Origin: an uncultured bacterium
GTDB lineage: Bacteria; Patescibacteriota; Minisyncoccia; Phycocordibacterales; Phycocordibacteraceae
Assembly: GCA_963851445.1 (NCBI GenBank)
Contig: CAWKPH010000002.1
Span: 102,183 to 166,182, forward strand
Reading direction: 5' to 3'
DNA: 64,000 nt
Notes under the pieces: model-generated
Databases searched by the model: none
What the model was told of the DNA's origin: nothing
Seen by the model: the letters and a program-made list of their open reading frames with translations, nothing else
Part shown: positions 20,194 through 29,921 of the stretch, one piece after another
Position numbering within the stretch: position 1 is the first letter of the stretch
Layout of the letters: every line of letters begins with the position of its first letter
Made by a program: the position numbers and the translations under genes

Positions 20194-21788
20194 TAGTAGC
20201 TTTCAATACTGATCTCATTGTTCTTGGGACCGCCATTTCTGCTATTGCAATATTAGGATTTGTTGTTCTTTTCCAAGATCCAAAGAGTGATACGACCCGT
20301 GCGTTCTTTGTTTTTTCGCTTGCTGCCATCATATGGGGTGTAATAAATTATGCGAGTTATCACGCACCTACCGTATTTTTGACTCTCTGGCTATGTCGAC
20401 TAGTCATATTCGCTGCCGTATGGTTTTGTTTTTTCATTTTTCATCTTGCCTATGTATTTCCACAAAGAAAAACTGCTCTTTCAAAACGTTATAAATATAT
20501 CCTCATCCCTGTAGTCACCCTGTCTTCACTTCTTACACTCACTCCACTAGTCTTTTCAAACGTAACATTTTCATCAACTCAAGGAAGCGTTCCTGTAATT
20601 GTGCCTGGAATCGGCATTCCTATTTTTGGTCTAACAGTGCTCTGTCTTGTGTGCGCAGCGATATACGAATTCCTGAACAAGCAACGAAAAGGACAGACTG
20701 ATCAGAACTACCAGCTGGGATTTATTATGGGGGGCACGGCAATCACTTTTGCGCTTCTTATTCTTTGCAATCTCATTCTACCTATCGCCTTTGGCCAGTA
20801 TGTCTTCATACCGTTTGGCGCAGTCTTTATATTCCCATTCATTGCCTGCACGGCGTATGCCATTATTCGCTTTCACCTCTTTAGTGTGCGCGTCATCGCT
20901 ACAGAAATATTTGCATTTACACTTACTATTGCGACTCTGCTTCAGGTAGTCTTTTCTAGCACTGCGCCGGAGCTTATCTTTCGTATAGCGATATTCATAC
21001 TAGTACTTTCATTCGTTATACTTCTTATTCGAAGCGTTCTTAATGAAGTTCGACAGCGCGAGCACATACAGCTGCTTGCAGATCAGCTTGAGAAAGCTAA
21101 TAAGCAGCAAGTTGTTCTCATACATTTCATTACGCATCAGATCAAGGGTTTCGTTACAAAATCACGCAATCTCTTCTCGATGCTGCTTGAAGGCGATTAC
21201 GGCACTCTTCCAGACACCATGCGCCCTATGGTGGAGGAAGGGCTACGTTCTGATACGCAAGGCGTTGAGACAATTCAAGAGATACTGAATGCCTCCAATG
21301 TAAAAAGTGGCGCAGTCACGTATAACATGGCTTTGTTCGATTTTGGTCAACTTGTCGATGAGATCACAAACGGACTTCGTCCGAATGCTGAGACAAAGAA
21401 ACTTACGTTTACGGTAGATACTTCTGGAGGGCCGTATCAGGTAAATGGTGATCGCCTTGAACTTCAAAATGCGATTAAAAATATAGTTGATAACGCTATC
21501 AAATACACGCCATCAGGAAGTGTCTCTATCACGCTTAAAAAGGACAACGATAAACTTCGCTTTGAGGAAACTGATACGGGAGTAGGCATTACGGCTGAGG
21601 ATATGGCACATCTCTTCACTGAGGGTGGCCACGGCAAGGAATCTATAAAAGTTAATGTTGAGAGCACGGGCTTTGGGCTCTATATCGTAAAAAACATTAT
21701 TAACGCTCACAACGGCAAGGTTTGGGCAGAATCAGAAGGAGCTGGAAAGGGTTCGAAGTTTATTATAGAACTTCCACTTTCCCAGTAA
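20190..21788 (+). CDS. Sensor histidine kinase with multi-pass membrane N-terminal domain
   Basis: About 8 TM helices, H-box HFITHQIKG, HATPase_c (G-boxes DTGVGI, GFGLYIV). The start overlaps the upstream stop (ATGA). Confidence 0.75.
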   Translation: MIVAFNTDLIVLGTAISAIAILGFVVLFQDPKSDTTRAFFVFSLAAIIWGVINYASYHAPTVFLTLWLCRLVIFAAVWFCFFIFHLAYVFPQRKTALSKRYKYILIPVVTLSSLLTLTPLVFSNVTFSSTQGSVPVIVPGIGIPIFGLTVLCLVCAAIYEFLNKQRKGQTDQNYQLGFIMGGTAITFALLILCNLILPIAFGQYVFIPFGAVFIFPFIACTAYAIIRFHLFSVRVIATEIFAFTLTIATLLQVVFSSTAPELIFRIAIFILVLSFVILLIRSVLNEVRQREHIQLLADQLEKANKQQVVLIHFITHQIKGFVTKSRNLFSMLLEGDYGTLPDTMRPMVEEGLRSDTQGVETIQEILNASNVKSGAVTYNMALFDFGQLVDEITNGLRPNAETKKLTFTVDTSGGPYQVNGDRLELQNAIKNIVDNAIKYTPSGSVSITLKKDNDKLRFEETDTGVGITAEDMAHLFTEGGHGKESIKVNVESTGFGLYIVKNIINAHNGKVWAESEGAGKGSKFIIELPLSQ

Positions 21789-21879
21789 TGCCTTACTTTG
21801 ATGTTTGCTTCCTCGTTTAGGTGTTTAATTGCCATAGCCCCTCAATTATTGTTCAGCTAAATTCTGTTATACTCGGGAT

Positions 21880-23130
21880 ATGGACGTCGTAAAGGACCTA
21901 CAAGCGCGAGGGCTTGTTGAGCATAGCTCAGCTGAACTTGAGAAAATCCTCTCAAAAAGGCGTGTTGTATACTTTGGCGTGGATCCCTCGGCAGACTCTC
22001 TACAAATAGGGAATTTGGCAGCGCTACTCATACTTAAGCGTCTTGCGGTCGCCGGTCATAAAATCATTCTTCTCGTGGGTGGCGGCACAGGCATGATAGG
22101 AGACCCTCGAGAGGCTGGTGAGCGCCCACTTGTTGATAAAAAAGTGGTTGAGCGAAATAAAAAAATCATAAGAAACCAAATGCAGGACATCATTGGTACG
22201 CGTGTACAACTCGTAGATAACGCTGACTGGCTTCTTAAACTTAAATTTGTCGACTTTCTTCGCGATATTGGAAAGCATTTTACAGTGAACGAACTTATAA
22301 AACGCGACACAATTAAGCGTCGTCTTGAAACACCAGATGAAAGTATTTCGTACACTGAATTTGCGTACTCCCTACTGCAGGGCTATGACTTTATGGTTTT
22401 GAATGAAAAATATGGATGTGATTTACAAATAGGTGGATCAGATCAGTGGACGAACATTCTTTCAGGTGTCGAACTTATTCGCAGAAAACTTGGTAGGGAA
22501 GCATTTGCTCTTACCTGCCCGCTCGTCACGGATGCTAGCGGAAAAAAATTTGGTAAATCGGAAGGAAATGCGGTATGGCTTGATCCAAATAAAACCTCTC
22601 CTTTTAATTTCTTTCAATTCTGGTTGAATCAGCCTGACAAGGGAATTGCGAAATATTTCAAATTCTATACGTTTATGCAAACTACTGAAATTGATCTCCT
22701 CATTGAGATGCATAATCGCAATCCAGAAAAACGTGAGGCTCAGAAGATGCTCGCGCTATCCGTAACCGAAATTGTGCATGGAAAAGAGGCAGCCATGAAT
22801 GCAGCGGCAGTATCCGAGGTGCTCTTTGGCAAAAAACGTCTCTCAGAACTTACTAAAGATGAACAGGCTGCCTTACTGCGTGAAGCGCCCGTGTTTGGCA
22901 TTGAACGAAGCAAGATAGAAGCAGAGCATCCGATCATCGACGTCTTAGTCGACAGTGGCCTTGTGAATTCTAAATCTGATGCTCGCCGGCTTATCGAAGG
23001 AAAGGGAATTTCAATTAATGATGACCTGATTGAATCCCTTGATTCAAAGCTTACACTTCTCAATTTTATGCCCACTCTAGCGCTCCTCAAGCGTGGTAAA
23101 CAAGTTGTTGTGCTCTCGATTGAAAAATAA
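21880..23130 (+). CDS. tyrS: Tyrosyl-tRNA synthetase
   Basis: HIGH-type motif (LQIGNL), KFGKS (KMSKS variant), C-terminal S4-like domain. Confidence 0.9.
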   Translation: MDVVKDLQARGLVEHSSAELEKILSKRRVVYFGVDPSADSLQIGNLAALLILKRLAVAGHKIILLVGGGTGMIGDPREAGERPLVDKKVVERNKKIIRNQMQDIIGTRVQLVDNADWLLKLKFVDFLRDIGKHFTVNELIKRDTIKRRLETPDESISYTEFAYSLLQGYDFMVLNEKYGCDLQIGGSDQWTNILSGVELIRRKLGREAFALTCPLVTDASGKKFGKSEGNAVWLDPNKTSPFNFFQFWLNQPDKGIAKYFKFYTFMQTTEIDLLIEMHNRNPEKREAQKMLALSVTEIVHGKEAAMNAAAVSEVLFGKKRLSELTKDEQAALLREAPVFGIERSKIEAEHPIIDVLVDSGLVNSKSDARRLIEGKGISINDDLIESLDSKLTLLNFMPTLALLKRGKQVVVLSIEK

Positions 23131-23158
23131 GCTTCAAGCCGCTATAGTGCGTAGTATT

Positions 23159-23244
23159 GCGTCGGTGGTAGAGTGGTCAATTACAACAGGCTGTAAACCT
23201 GTCGGCTTCGGCCTACGGAGGTTCGAATCCTTCCCGGCGCACCA
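23159..23244 (+). tRNA. tRNA-Tyr (anticodon GTA), CCA encoded
   Basis: Cloverleaf with 7-bp acceptor (one G-U pair), anticodon loop CTGTAAA, long variable arm CGGCTTCGGCCTACG, T-loop GGTTCGAATCC, 3' ACCA. Lies immediately downstream of tyrS. Confidence 0.85.
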
Positions 23245-23275
23245 TATCTGTTAGTGAAACGCAGCATGGTATCGT

Positions 23276-24250
23276 ATGCAAATGAACCAAAGACCAATCT
23301 TGCTATCAGGAATCAAGCCAACCGGCGATCTCCATATTGGCAATTATTTTGGCGCTATGCGCCAGCAAGTTGAATTATTCAAATCAGAGAAATATCACTG
23401 CTATATCATGGTGGCTGACTACCACGCTCTTACCACTGTCCAGAACGCTGCTGAAATGTTGCAGCTTACACTTGATCTAGCAACTGCCTATATGGCCATA
23501 GGACTTGATCCGGAAGGATTGGTTCTCTTTAAACAGTCTGATGTTCCTTCTCACACTGAACTTACCTGGATATTCGATACCATTACAACAATGCCTTATC
23601 TAATGCGTGCCCATGCATTCAAAGATGCCGAGGCTAAGAATAAAGAGATAAGTGTTGGTGCTTTCAATTATCCAATGCTTATGGCAGCTGACATTCTCCT
23701 CTATGATACTGCAATTGTGCCAGTTGGGCAGGATCAGAAACAGCACATTGAATACGCACGCGATACTGCTGAGAAATTCAATCGTATTTTTGCAAAAGAT
23801 TCCGAAGGCATTTTCGCAATGCCAGAGCCATATATCATGCCTGAAGTCGCTATAGTTGCGGGCACTGATGGCAGAAAAATGAGTAAAAGCTACGGAAATG
23901 TAATTCCGCTCTTTGCCTCACGAGACGAAATTACAAAGGCGGTCATGAGCATTGTGACCGATTCATCAGGCGAAAGACCTGAGAATGTATACAAGATTCA
24001 TAATCTTCTTAAAACTGATGCAGAGCTTAAGCCGCTCTATAAGGAGCACAAAGGAAAATATAAAGAATTGAAACAGGCACTTATTGATGACTTAGACGAG
24101 TTCATTGGTCCGTTTCGAGAAAAATACGAGGAATTGAAGAACGAACCTGAGTTGGTGCAAGAGGTTCTTAGAAAGGGCGCTGCAACCGCCAGAGAGAAAG
24201 CGGAAGCAAAAATGATTAAGGTGCGAAAGGCAATTGGGGTCACTGAATAG
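23276..24250 (+). CDS. trpS: Tryptophanyl-tRNA synthetase
   Basis: Class I HIGH motif (GDLHIGNY) and KMSKS. Confidence 0.9.
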   Translation: MQMNQRPILLSGIKPTGDLHIGNYFGAMRQQVELFKSEKYHCYIMVADYHALTTVQNAAEMLQLTLDLATAYMAIGLDPEGLVLFKQSDVPSHTELTWIFDTITTMPYLMRAHAFKDAEAKNKEISVGAFNYPMLMAADILLYDTAIVPVGQDQKQHIEYARDTAEKFNRIFAKDSEGIFAMPEPYIMPEVAIVAGTDGRKMSKSYGNVIPLFASRDEITKAVMSIVTDSSGERPENVYKIHNLLKTDAELKPLYKEHKGKYKELKQALIDDLDEFIGPFREKYEELKNEPELVQEVLRKGAATAREKAEAKMIKVRKAIGVTE

Positions 24251-24308
24251 AACATATATTTCAGCCGCAGCTTCCTGACTCAATTTACCGCGCACTTTAT
24301 GGAATGGC

Positions 24309-25727
24309 ATGCTATTTTATAGCCATATGGAAGACCGAATCTTGATAGACGAGCTTGAGCAACATATAGGTGAAACGGTTGTGATCGCTGGCTGGGTAGA
24401 TGTTCGTCGAGATCAAGGCAAGCTTATTTTTTTTGATTTTCGCGATCGAACTGGCACCGCTCAAGGCGTTGTTCTACCTGGGGAAGAAGCGCTTATGGAA
24501 ATTGCCAAAGATATTCGTAACGAATACGTTGTACAAGTTTCAGGAATCGTTAATAAGCGTCCCGAAAAAAATGCACAGCCTGATAAACTAAACGGCGCTA
24601 TTGAACTGGAGGTTAGGGACATTAAGGTCCTTGCCGCTTCAGAACCACTTCCTTTTGATCTTACTGATACAAGTGACATTGACGAAAATGTACGTCTCAC
24701 CTATCGATACATCGATTTGCGTTCTCCACGCATGCAGAAGAATATTCGTTTGAGAAGTGAGTTCGTTAAACGTTGCCGTGAATTTCTTTTTAAAGAAGGT
24801 TTTACAGAAATAGAAACACCCTTGCTTACTGAATCAACACCCGAAGGTTCTCGTGATTTCGTTGTTCCTTCTCGGCTTAATCCCGGGAAATTCTACGCGC
24901 TACCACAATCTCCTCAGCAGTATAAGCAACTTCTTATGACCGCTGGATTTGAACGCTATTTCCAAATCGCTCGCGCTGTGCGTGATGAAGATCTTCGTGC
25001 TGACCGTGGATTTGAACATTCTCAAGTCGATATCGAGATGTCATTTGTAAATCGTGAGGCGGTTATGAATCTTGTTGAAAAAATGATTATAACAACGGTC
25101 GAAGGAATGGGTTTCAGTGTCAAAGAAAAGCCGTTTCCGCGCATTTCATACAAAGACTCTATGGAAAAGTATGGTGCTGACAAGTTTGATCTGCGAACTA
25201 AGGAAGAGAAAGAGAGTGGAATTCTAGCTTATGCATGGGTTATTGATTTCCCATTCTTTGAAAAAACCGATGAGGGCAAATGGACCTTTACTCATAACCC
25301 ATTTTCGATGCCCATTCCAGAACATCTTGAGTGGCTTATGAAGGGCGAACATTTGGAGGATATTCTCACTACACAATATGATCTAGTTTGCAATGGGTTC
25401 GAATCAGCCGGGGGAAGCATCCGCGCGCATCGCCCCGAAATCCTTGAAGCTACTTACCGCGCGATGGGGTATTCGTCTGAGGAAACAGAAGCAAGTATCG
25501 GGCACATGCTTAAGGCCTTCAAATATGGCACACCGCCTCATGGGGGTATTGCTTTGGGCATTGAGCGCAACCTAATGAACCTCACTGGAGAAAGCTATCT
25601 ACGAGAAGTACAGGCCTTTCCAATGACACGAGGCGGGCAAACTGCCGTTATGAAAGGACCAAAACCGCTTGAAGAAAAGCAGTTGAAAGAACTTGGTATA
25701 CGAATTGATTCACCAAAAGAAAAATGA
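24309..25727 (+). CDS. aspS: Aspartyl-tRNA synthetase (compact, lacks bacterial GAD insertion)
   Basis: Anticodon-binding OB fold and class II motifs (FRDEDLRADR, GGSIRAHRPE...GTPPHGGIALGIER). 472 aa. Confidence 0.9.
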   Translation: MLFYSHMEDRILIDELEQHIGETVVIAGWVDVRRDQGKLIFFDFRDRTGTAQGVVLPGEEALMEIAKDIRNEYVVQVSGIVNKRPEKNAQPDKLNGAIELEVRDIKVLAASEPLPFDLTDTSDIDENVRLTYRYIDLRSPRMQKNIRLRSEFVKRCREFLFKEGFTEIETPLLTESTPEGSRDFVVPSRLNPGKFYALPQSPQQYKQLLMTAGFERYFQIARAVRDEDLRADRGFEHSQVDIEMSFVNREAVMNLVEKMIITTVEGMGFSVKEKPFPRISYKDSMEKYGADKFDLRTKEEKESGILAYAWVIDFPFFEKTDEGKWTFTHNPFSMPIPEHLEWLMKGEHLEDILTTQYDLVCNGFESAGGSIRAHRPEILEATYRAMGYSSEETEASIGHMLKAFKYGTPPHGGIALGIERNLMNLTGESYLREVQAFPMTRGGQTAVMKGPKPLEEKQLKELGIRIDSPKEK

Positions 25728-27154
25728 AGCTTACATTTTCAAAAGACAGTATTACTAAAGCTCCAAAAACTTTTGCTCGCGTACGGATTACGAGTGAGCC
25801 AAAAGGAACGAAGCGTATTGTACGTGAGAAGGGAATTGAATGGATTGAAATTGGTGCCGGAAAGCCTAACGAAATGAGTCGTCGAAAATTTTTGCTCCTG
25901 TGCCGTGCAATCATCCGTATAGCCAAAGAAGCAAAATATAAGAAAATTGCAATTCAATTCGATCAAAATTCTGAATTCTTTAATGCACTTGAGGATACTT
26001 CTTTTAACGAAATTCTGTCACTTGCTACTCAGAATTTTGAGATGGCAAATTTTGAATTCAATGCCTTTAAAACAAAACCAAAAAACGGGTGGGATCAAGT
26101 TGAAGAGATTTCTCTACATGGGAAATGGAACGCTGGCCTTCAGGAAAGTGCGAAGCGAGGACAAATTATCGGCCAAGAGGTTAATAAGTGCCGATCCCTT
26201 TCTAATACACCTGGGGGAAGCATGACACCCCACAAGCTTGCAGAAGCTGCACGAGACGCCGTTAAAGGACTACCAGTTACCGTAAAGACTCTTGGACGAA
26301 AGGAAATAGTTTCAATGGGAATGGGACTTTTGGCTGGCGTTGGAAGTGGTTCCTCCGAAGAGCCAACGTTCACGATTATGGAATACAAGGGGGCTGGTAC
26401 GAGTAAAACAAAAGCTTTGAGAGCAATCGTTCTTGCTGGTAAAGGTATTACATTTGATAGCGGCGGTCTTAATCTTAAACCCTCGCAGCATATCTACGAG
26501 ATGCATATGGATATGTCAGGTGCTGCCTCGGTTATATTCGCTGTGGCTCTGGCTGCAAAACTGAAGTTGAAGAGAAATGTTATCGGACTTATACCCGCAT
26601 CTGAAAATATGCCAGGAAATAATGCGACCCGACCCGGTGACATTCTTACATCACTTTCTGGCAAGACGGTTGAGGTTGTTGATACAGATGCAGAGGGGCG
26701 GCTTGTGCTTGCCGATGCACTAACGTATGCAAAACGATTCAAGCCTGGTGTCGTAATTGATATTGCGACCCTTACGGGCGCTGCAGTCGTTGCACTTGGA
26801 CTCTATGCGTCCGGATTAATGACTCGTGACGATGCTCTTGCGAATCAACTTGAAGAGCTTGGCGAAGTAAGTGGGGACTATCTCTGCCGGTTGCCACTTT
26901 GGGACGAGTACGAGGAGGCGGTTAAGGGAGCCTTCGCAGACCTTGTGAATGTTCCCGTAACACGCGGAGGGGGAGGAGGCGCCACGAATGGGGGCATGTT
27001 TTTATGGCAATTTGCCAAGGAACTTGAGTGTCCCTGGGCACACCTGGATATTGCGCCGAGAATGACTGCGGCTCCTGGAGATGAGCTTTCCAAGGGGGCT
27101 GCGGGCGCTCCTGTTAGACTCCTGCTTGCCTTTATAGAGACCTGGCAAGGGTGA
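25724..27154 (+). CDS. pepA: Leucyl aminopeptidase (M17 family)
   Basis: NTDAEGRL signature, VLAGKGITFDSGG and the Lys/Asp metal ligands of M17. Confidence 0.85.
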   Translation: MKLTFSKDSITKAPKTFARVRITSEPKGTKRIVREKGIEWIEIGAGKPNEMSRRKFLLLCRAIIRIAKEAKYKKIAIQFDQNSEFFNALEDTSFNEILSLATQNFEMANFEFNAFKTKPKNGWDQVEEISLHGKWNAGLQESAKRGQIIGQEVNKCRSLSNTPGGSMTPHKLAEAARDAVKGLPVTVKTLGRKEIVSMGMGLLAGVGSGSSEEPTFTIMEYKGAGTSKTKALRAIVLAGKGITFDSGGLNLKPSQHIYEMHMDMSGAASVIFAVALAAKLKLKRNVIGLIPASENMPGNNATRPGDILTSLSGKTVEVVDTDAEGRLVLADALTYAKRFKPGVVIDIATLTGAAVVALGLYASGLMTRDDALANQLEELGEVSGDYLCRLPLWDEYEEAVKGAFADLVNVPVTRGGGGGATNGGMFLWQFAKELECPWAHLDIAPRMTAAPGDELSKGAAGAPVRLLLAFIETWQG

Positions 27155-27196
27155 GCAATGCGCGTTGTTACGGCCGGTACGAAGTATACTTAGAGC

Positions 27197-27988
27197 ATGG
27201 ACGAAACTTTCTCTGAACTAGTGGATGTGACGGACGTTGATCCTAAAGAGGAACATTCCGCAACAAGAAATCGCTTCCACATCCGCATGCCTTCATATGA
27301 GGGACCTTTTGAGCTTGTTCTCGAACTCATTGAGAAAAGAAAACTTTCCGTAAATGAACTGGCACTCGCACAAGTGACCGATGATTATATCCAGCACGTA
27401 CGAAGCCAGGCATCGTTTCCAATCGAGGATGCTGCAGATTTTATCGGAGTTGCAGCAATGCTCCTTCTTATCAAATCAAAATCACTTATACCAGAGCTCG
27501 AGCTTACCTCTGAGGAGGAGGGTGATGTTGAGGAGTTGAAGGATCGGTTGCGCCAGTATGAGGTGGCGCGTGAAGCTGCCAAGGAGCTTGGCAGGATTTT
27601 TGGACGACAAGTGATGATGCCTCCTGGAGAGCGTGATCCTGAGCCTGTATTCTCACCATCACGAGACCTTTCACTCGATGCGCTTGGTAAGGCGCTTGCA
27701 TATGCGCTTGCGGCACTCGAGAAAGAAGAGAAACTTCCTGAAGCTAAAGTGAGGCCAATGATAACGATTGAAGAGGTGATGGATCGCCTTGTTAATCGTA
27801 TGCAATCTGCGCTCACACTTTCATTCAAAGAATTTGCAGGGGACACCACAGAGCGCGTAGAGGTTATCGTCTCATTTCTTGCACTTCTCGAACTTGTGAA
27901 GCAAGGCATTGTTGAAACACAGCAATACGGGATGTTCACTGAGATCACGATCACAAATGCAGCTGCTTCAGTACCACACTATGGGTAA
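27197..27988 (+). CDS. scpA: Segregation and condensation protein A
   Basis: YEGPFELVLELIEKRKL N-terminal kleisin motif. C-terminal winged helix. Confidence 0.8.
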   Translation: MDETFSELVDVTDVDPKEEHSATRNRFHIRMPSYEGPFELVLELIEKRKLSVNELALAQVTDDYIQHVRSQASFPIEDAADFIGVAAMLLLIKSKSLIPELELTSEEEGDVEELKDRLRQYEVAREAAKELGRIFGRQVMMPPGERDPEPVFSPSRDLSLDALGKALAYALAALEKEEKLPEAKVRPMITIEEVMDRLVNRMQSALTLSFKEFAGDTTERVEVIVSFLALLELVKQGIVETQQYGMFTEITITNAAASVPHYG

Positions 27989-28019
27989 TTAATCCCCATA
28001 GCAGTGTTTGACCGATTAG

Positions 28020-28213
28020 CTTTTCATAGTACATTCATTCGTGGCTCCTTATGTCGGGAGTTGCTTTAGGGAATTGTGAGAATGTGCGAGAAACCCAAAG
28101 GGAAAAGCAACGGGGCGAAGACGAGAAAAGGGAGATTCCCAAAATTGAAAGCGGGGCGAAAACCGCAGCAAAGCGAGTAAGCAGACTAGCTTAGGATTCC
28201 ACTCTGGCCACAT
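28020..28213 (+). ncRNA. Candidate small RNA or purine-rich leader (alternatively a 47-aa highly charged ORF at 28051..28194)
   Basis: About 200 nt of strongly purine-rich sequence with a duplicated CGGGGCGAA box. It is inserted between scpA and scpB and ends at a strong intrinsic terminator. Confidence 0.25.
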
Positions 28214-28256
28214 GACGACTAGCGAACATTCGATTCGCTGGCCGTCTTTTTATTTT
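28214..28256 (+). terminator. Rho-independent terminator
   Basis: GACGACTAGCGAACATTCGATTCGCTGGCCGTC hairpin followed by TTTTTATTTT. Confidence 0.65.
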
Positions 28257-28310
28257 AGTGGGGAGGAGGTGCCTTCAGATTAGATAAGAAAATGGTAGTA
28301 TCAAGAATAT

Positions 28311-28862
28311 ATGGCCTTAGATCACCCTGCAAAGCTTGAGGCGTTACTGTTTTCTGCTGGAGAACCGCTTTCTAGAAAGCGGCTTTGTACGTTCCTTGGC
28401 ATATCACCTATGGAACTTCGTGACGTGGCCCTTTCCCTTCGTGAGCGCCTTTCGAACCGTGGTCTTTCACTCATAGAAACAGGAGATGAGCTTGAGTTAC
28501 GCACTGCTCCTGAGGCATCGTCTCTGATACAGAAGCTTCGCGAGAGCGAACTTTCCAGAGAGCTAGGTAAAGCAGGACTTGAAACGCTTGCTGTAATTAT
28601 GTATAGAGATGGCGCGACCAGAAGTGAAATCGATTGGGTGCGAGGAGTGAATTCAGCTACAACCGTTCGATCACTTCAACTGCGTGGGCTTATATCGCGA
28701 AATGAAGATGTTCATGACCGTCGCCGTATTCGCTATGTAGCAACGACTGAAGCACTTGCACATCTTGGTATTGAAAGCATTCGTGATCTTCCTCGATACG
28801 AAGAACTTACACGAGCACTCGCTGTAAGCGAACATAATTCAAATGAAGAAGCATCCGCGTAA
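28311..28862 (+). CDS. scpB: Segregation and condensation protein B
   Basis: LEALLFSAGEPLS N-terminus and tandem winged-helix domains typical of ScpB. Confidence 0.8.
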   Translation: MALDHPAKLEALLFSAGEPLSRKRLCTFLGISPMELRDVALSLRERLSNRGLSLIETGDELELRTAPEASSLIQKLRESELSRELGKAGLETLAVIMYRDGATRSEIDWVRGVNSATTVRSLQLRGLISRNEDVHDRRRIRYVATTEALAHLGIESIRDLPRYEELTRALAVSEHNSNEEASA

Positions 28863-29916
28863 CAGCCCTCATGCACACAGTATGCAAGTGCATGACATAC
28901 ATTCGCGGCACGAGTCGGCTATGCGACATGCACACGTTTCCTCATCCGTCCGTGGACAAGGGGGGAATAACGTAAGACGGTATCTTGTTCCAGCCGTTGC
29001 AGCTATTGTTGTAGTTATCGGAGGAGCTATTGGCGTAAGTGTGTTTGCTGCAAATTCTGCTCAAAAACTTCCGTCTACAGTTGTAGAAGCTCCAAAAATT
29101 GATCATGCACCGCCCTCAGGACCAAACGCTTATGCAAATATTTCGCTCATAGGAAAATCAGCGATTGTGTATGACCTTACAGATGGGCAGACGCTATATG
29201 CTCAGAATGCCTATACGCAACTTCCACTCGCTTCGATTACTAAACTACTGACCCTTTACGCAGCTTCGAGTGTACTTAGTCCTTCGTCGCCAGTTACCAT
29301 GACGCCCATTGCTCTTTCGCAGGACGGTGATGCCGCAGACATTGGATTTGCAAACGGTGAGACCTTTACATTTAGTGATCTTGCGCGACTTACGATAGCT
29401 GCTTCTTCAAATGATGGTGCTGAAGCGATAGCAGAAGCAGCGGATAGCGCTGAGTCTACCCAGACCACCTCTCTTCTAGCTAATGCAGCAGAAGCAGCAG
29501 GATTAGACCAGACTTATGCGGTGAACAGCAACGGGCTCGATGTAAGCACAACACAGTCTGGCGGATATGGTTCCGCCCATGATATTGCAGTGCTTGCGGG
29601 GAAACTACTAAAAAAGGCGCCTGGCATCGCACAGGCCACGACACAATCCTCTATTTCCGTCACTTCTCTTAGCGGCATTACACACACGTTTGCAAATACT
29701 GACCCTGATGTTGCCAAGTTCCCAGGCCTTCTTCTTTCAAAAACTGGGTATACTGATTTAGCTGGCGGCAATTTGGTAATTGTCTACGACGAAGCAATCG
29801 ACCATCCAATTGCCATCGTGGTGCTTGGTTCAACCGAGTCGGGACGTTTTACGGACGTTCAGACGCTTATGGCTGCAACACTCGCACATTTTGCCGGAAT
29901 CGCTCCTTCTTCATAA
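28843..29916 (+). CDS. D-alanyl-D-alanine carboxypeptidase (serine-type, PBP5/DacA-like, S11)
   Basis: SxxK (SITKLLT), SxN (SSND) and KTG (KTGYT) motifs. N-terminal TM anchor. True start may be an internal Met. Confidence 0.8.
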   Translation: MKKHPRNSPHAHSMQVHDIHSRHESAMRHAHVSSSVRGQGGNNVRRYLVPAVAAIVVVIGGAIGVSVFAANSAQKLPSTVVEAPKIDHAPPSGPNAYANISLIGKSAIVYDLTDGQTLYAQNAYTQLPLASITKLLTLYAASSVLSPSSPVTMTPIALSQDGDAADIGFANGETFTFSDLARLTIAASSNDGAEAIAEAADSAESTQTTSLLANAAEAAGLDQTYAVNSNGLDVSTTQSGGYGSAHDIAVLAGKLLKKAPGIAQATTQSSISVTSLSGITHTFANTDPDVAKFPGLLLSKTGYTDLAGGNLVIVYDEAIDHPIAIVVLGSTESGRFTDVQTLMAATLAHFAGIAPSS

Positions 29917-29921
29917 TTGCC

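Noticed and set aside
27385-27954. 189-aa - strand ORF
   Set aside because: Antisense to scpA. Ser-rich low-complexity translation.
27989-28310. Assignment of the scpA-scpB insert to tmRNA, SRP RNA, 6S or RNase P RNA
   Set aside because: None of the hallmark motifs (tRNA-like 3' end with tag ORF, SRP domain IV, RNase P P4 sequences) could be recognised by eye. It is left as an unclassified candidate.
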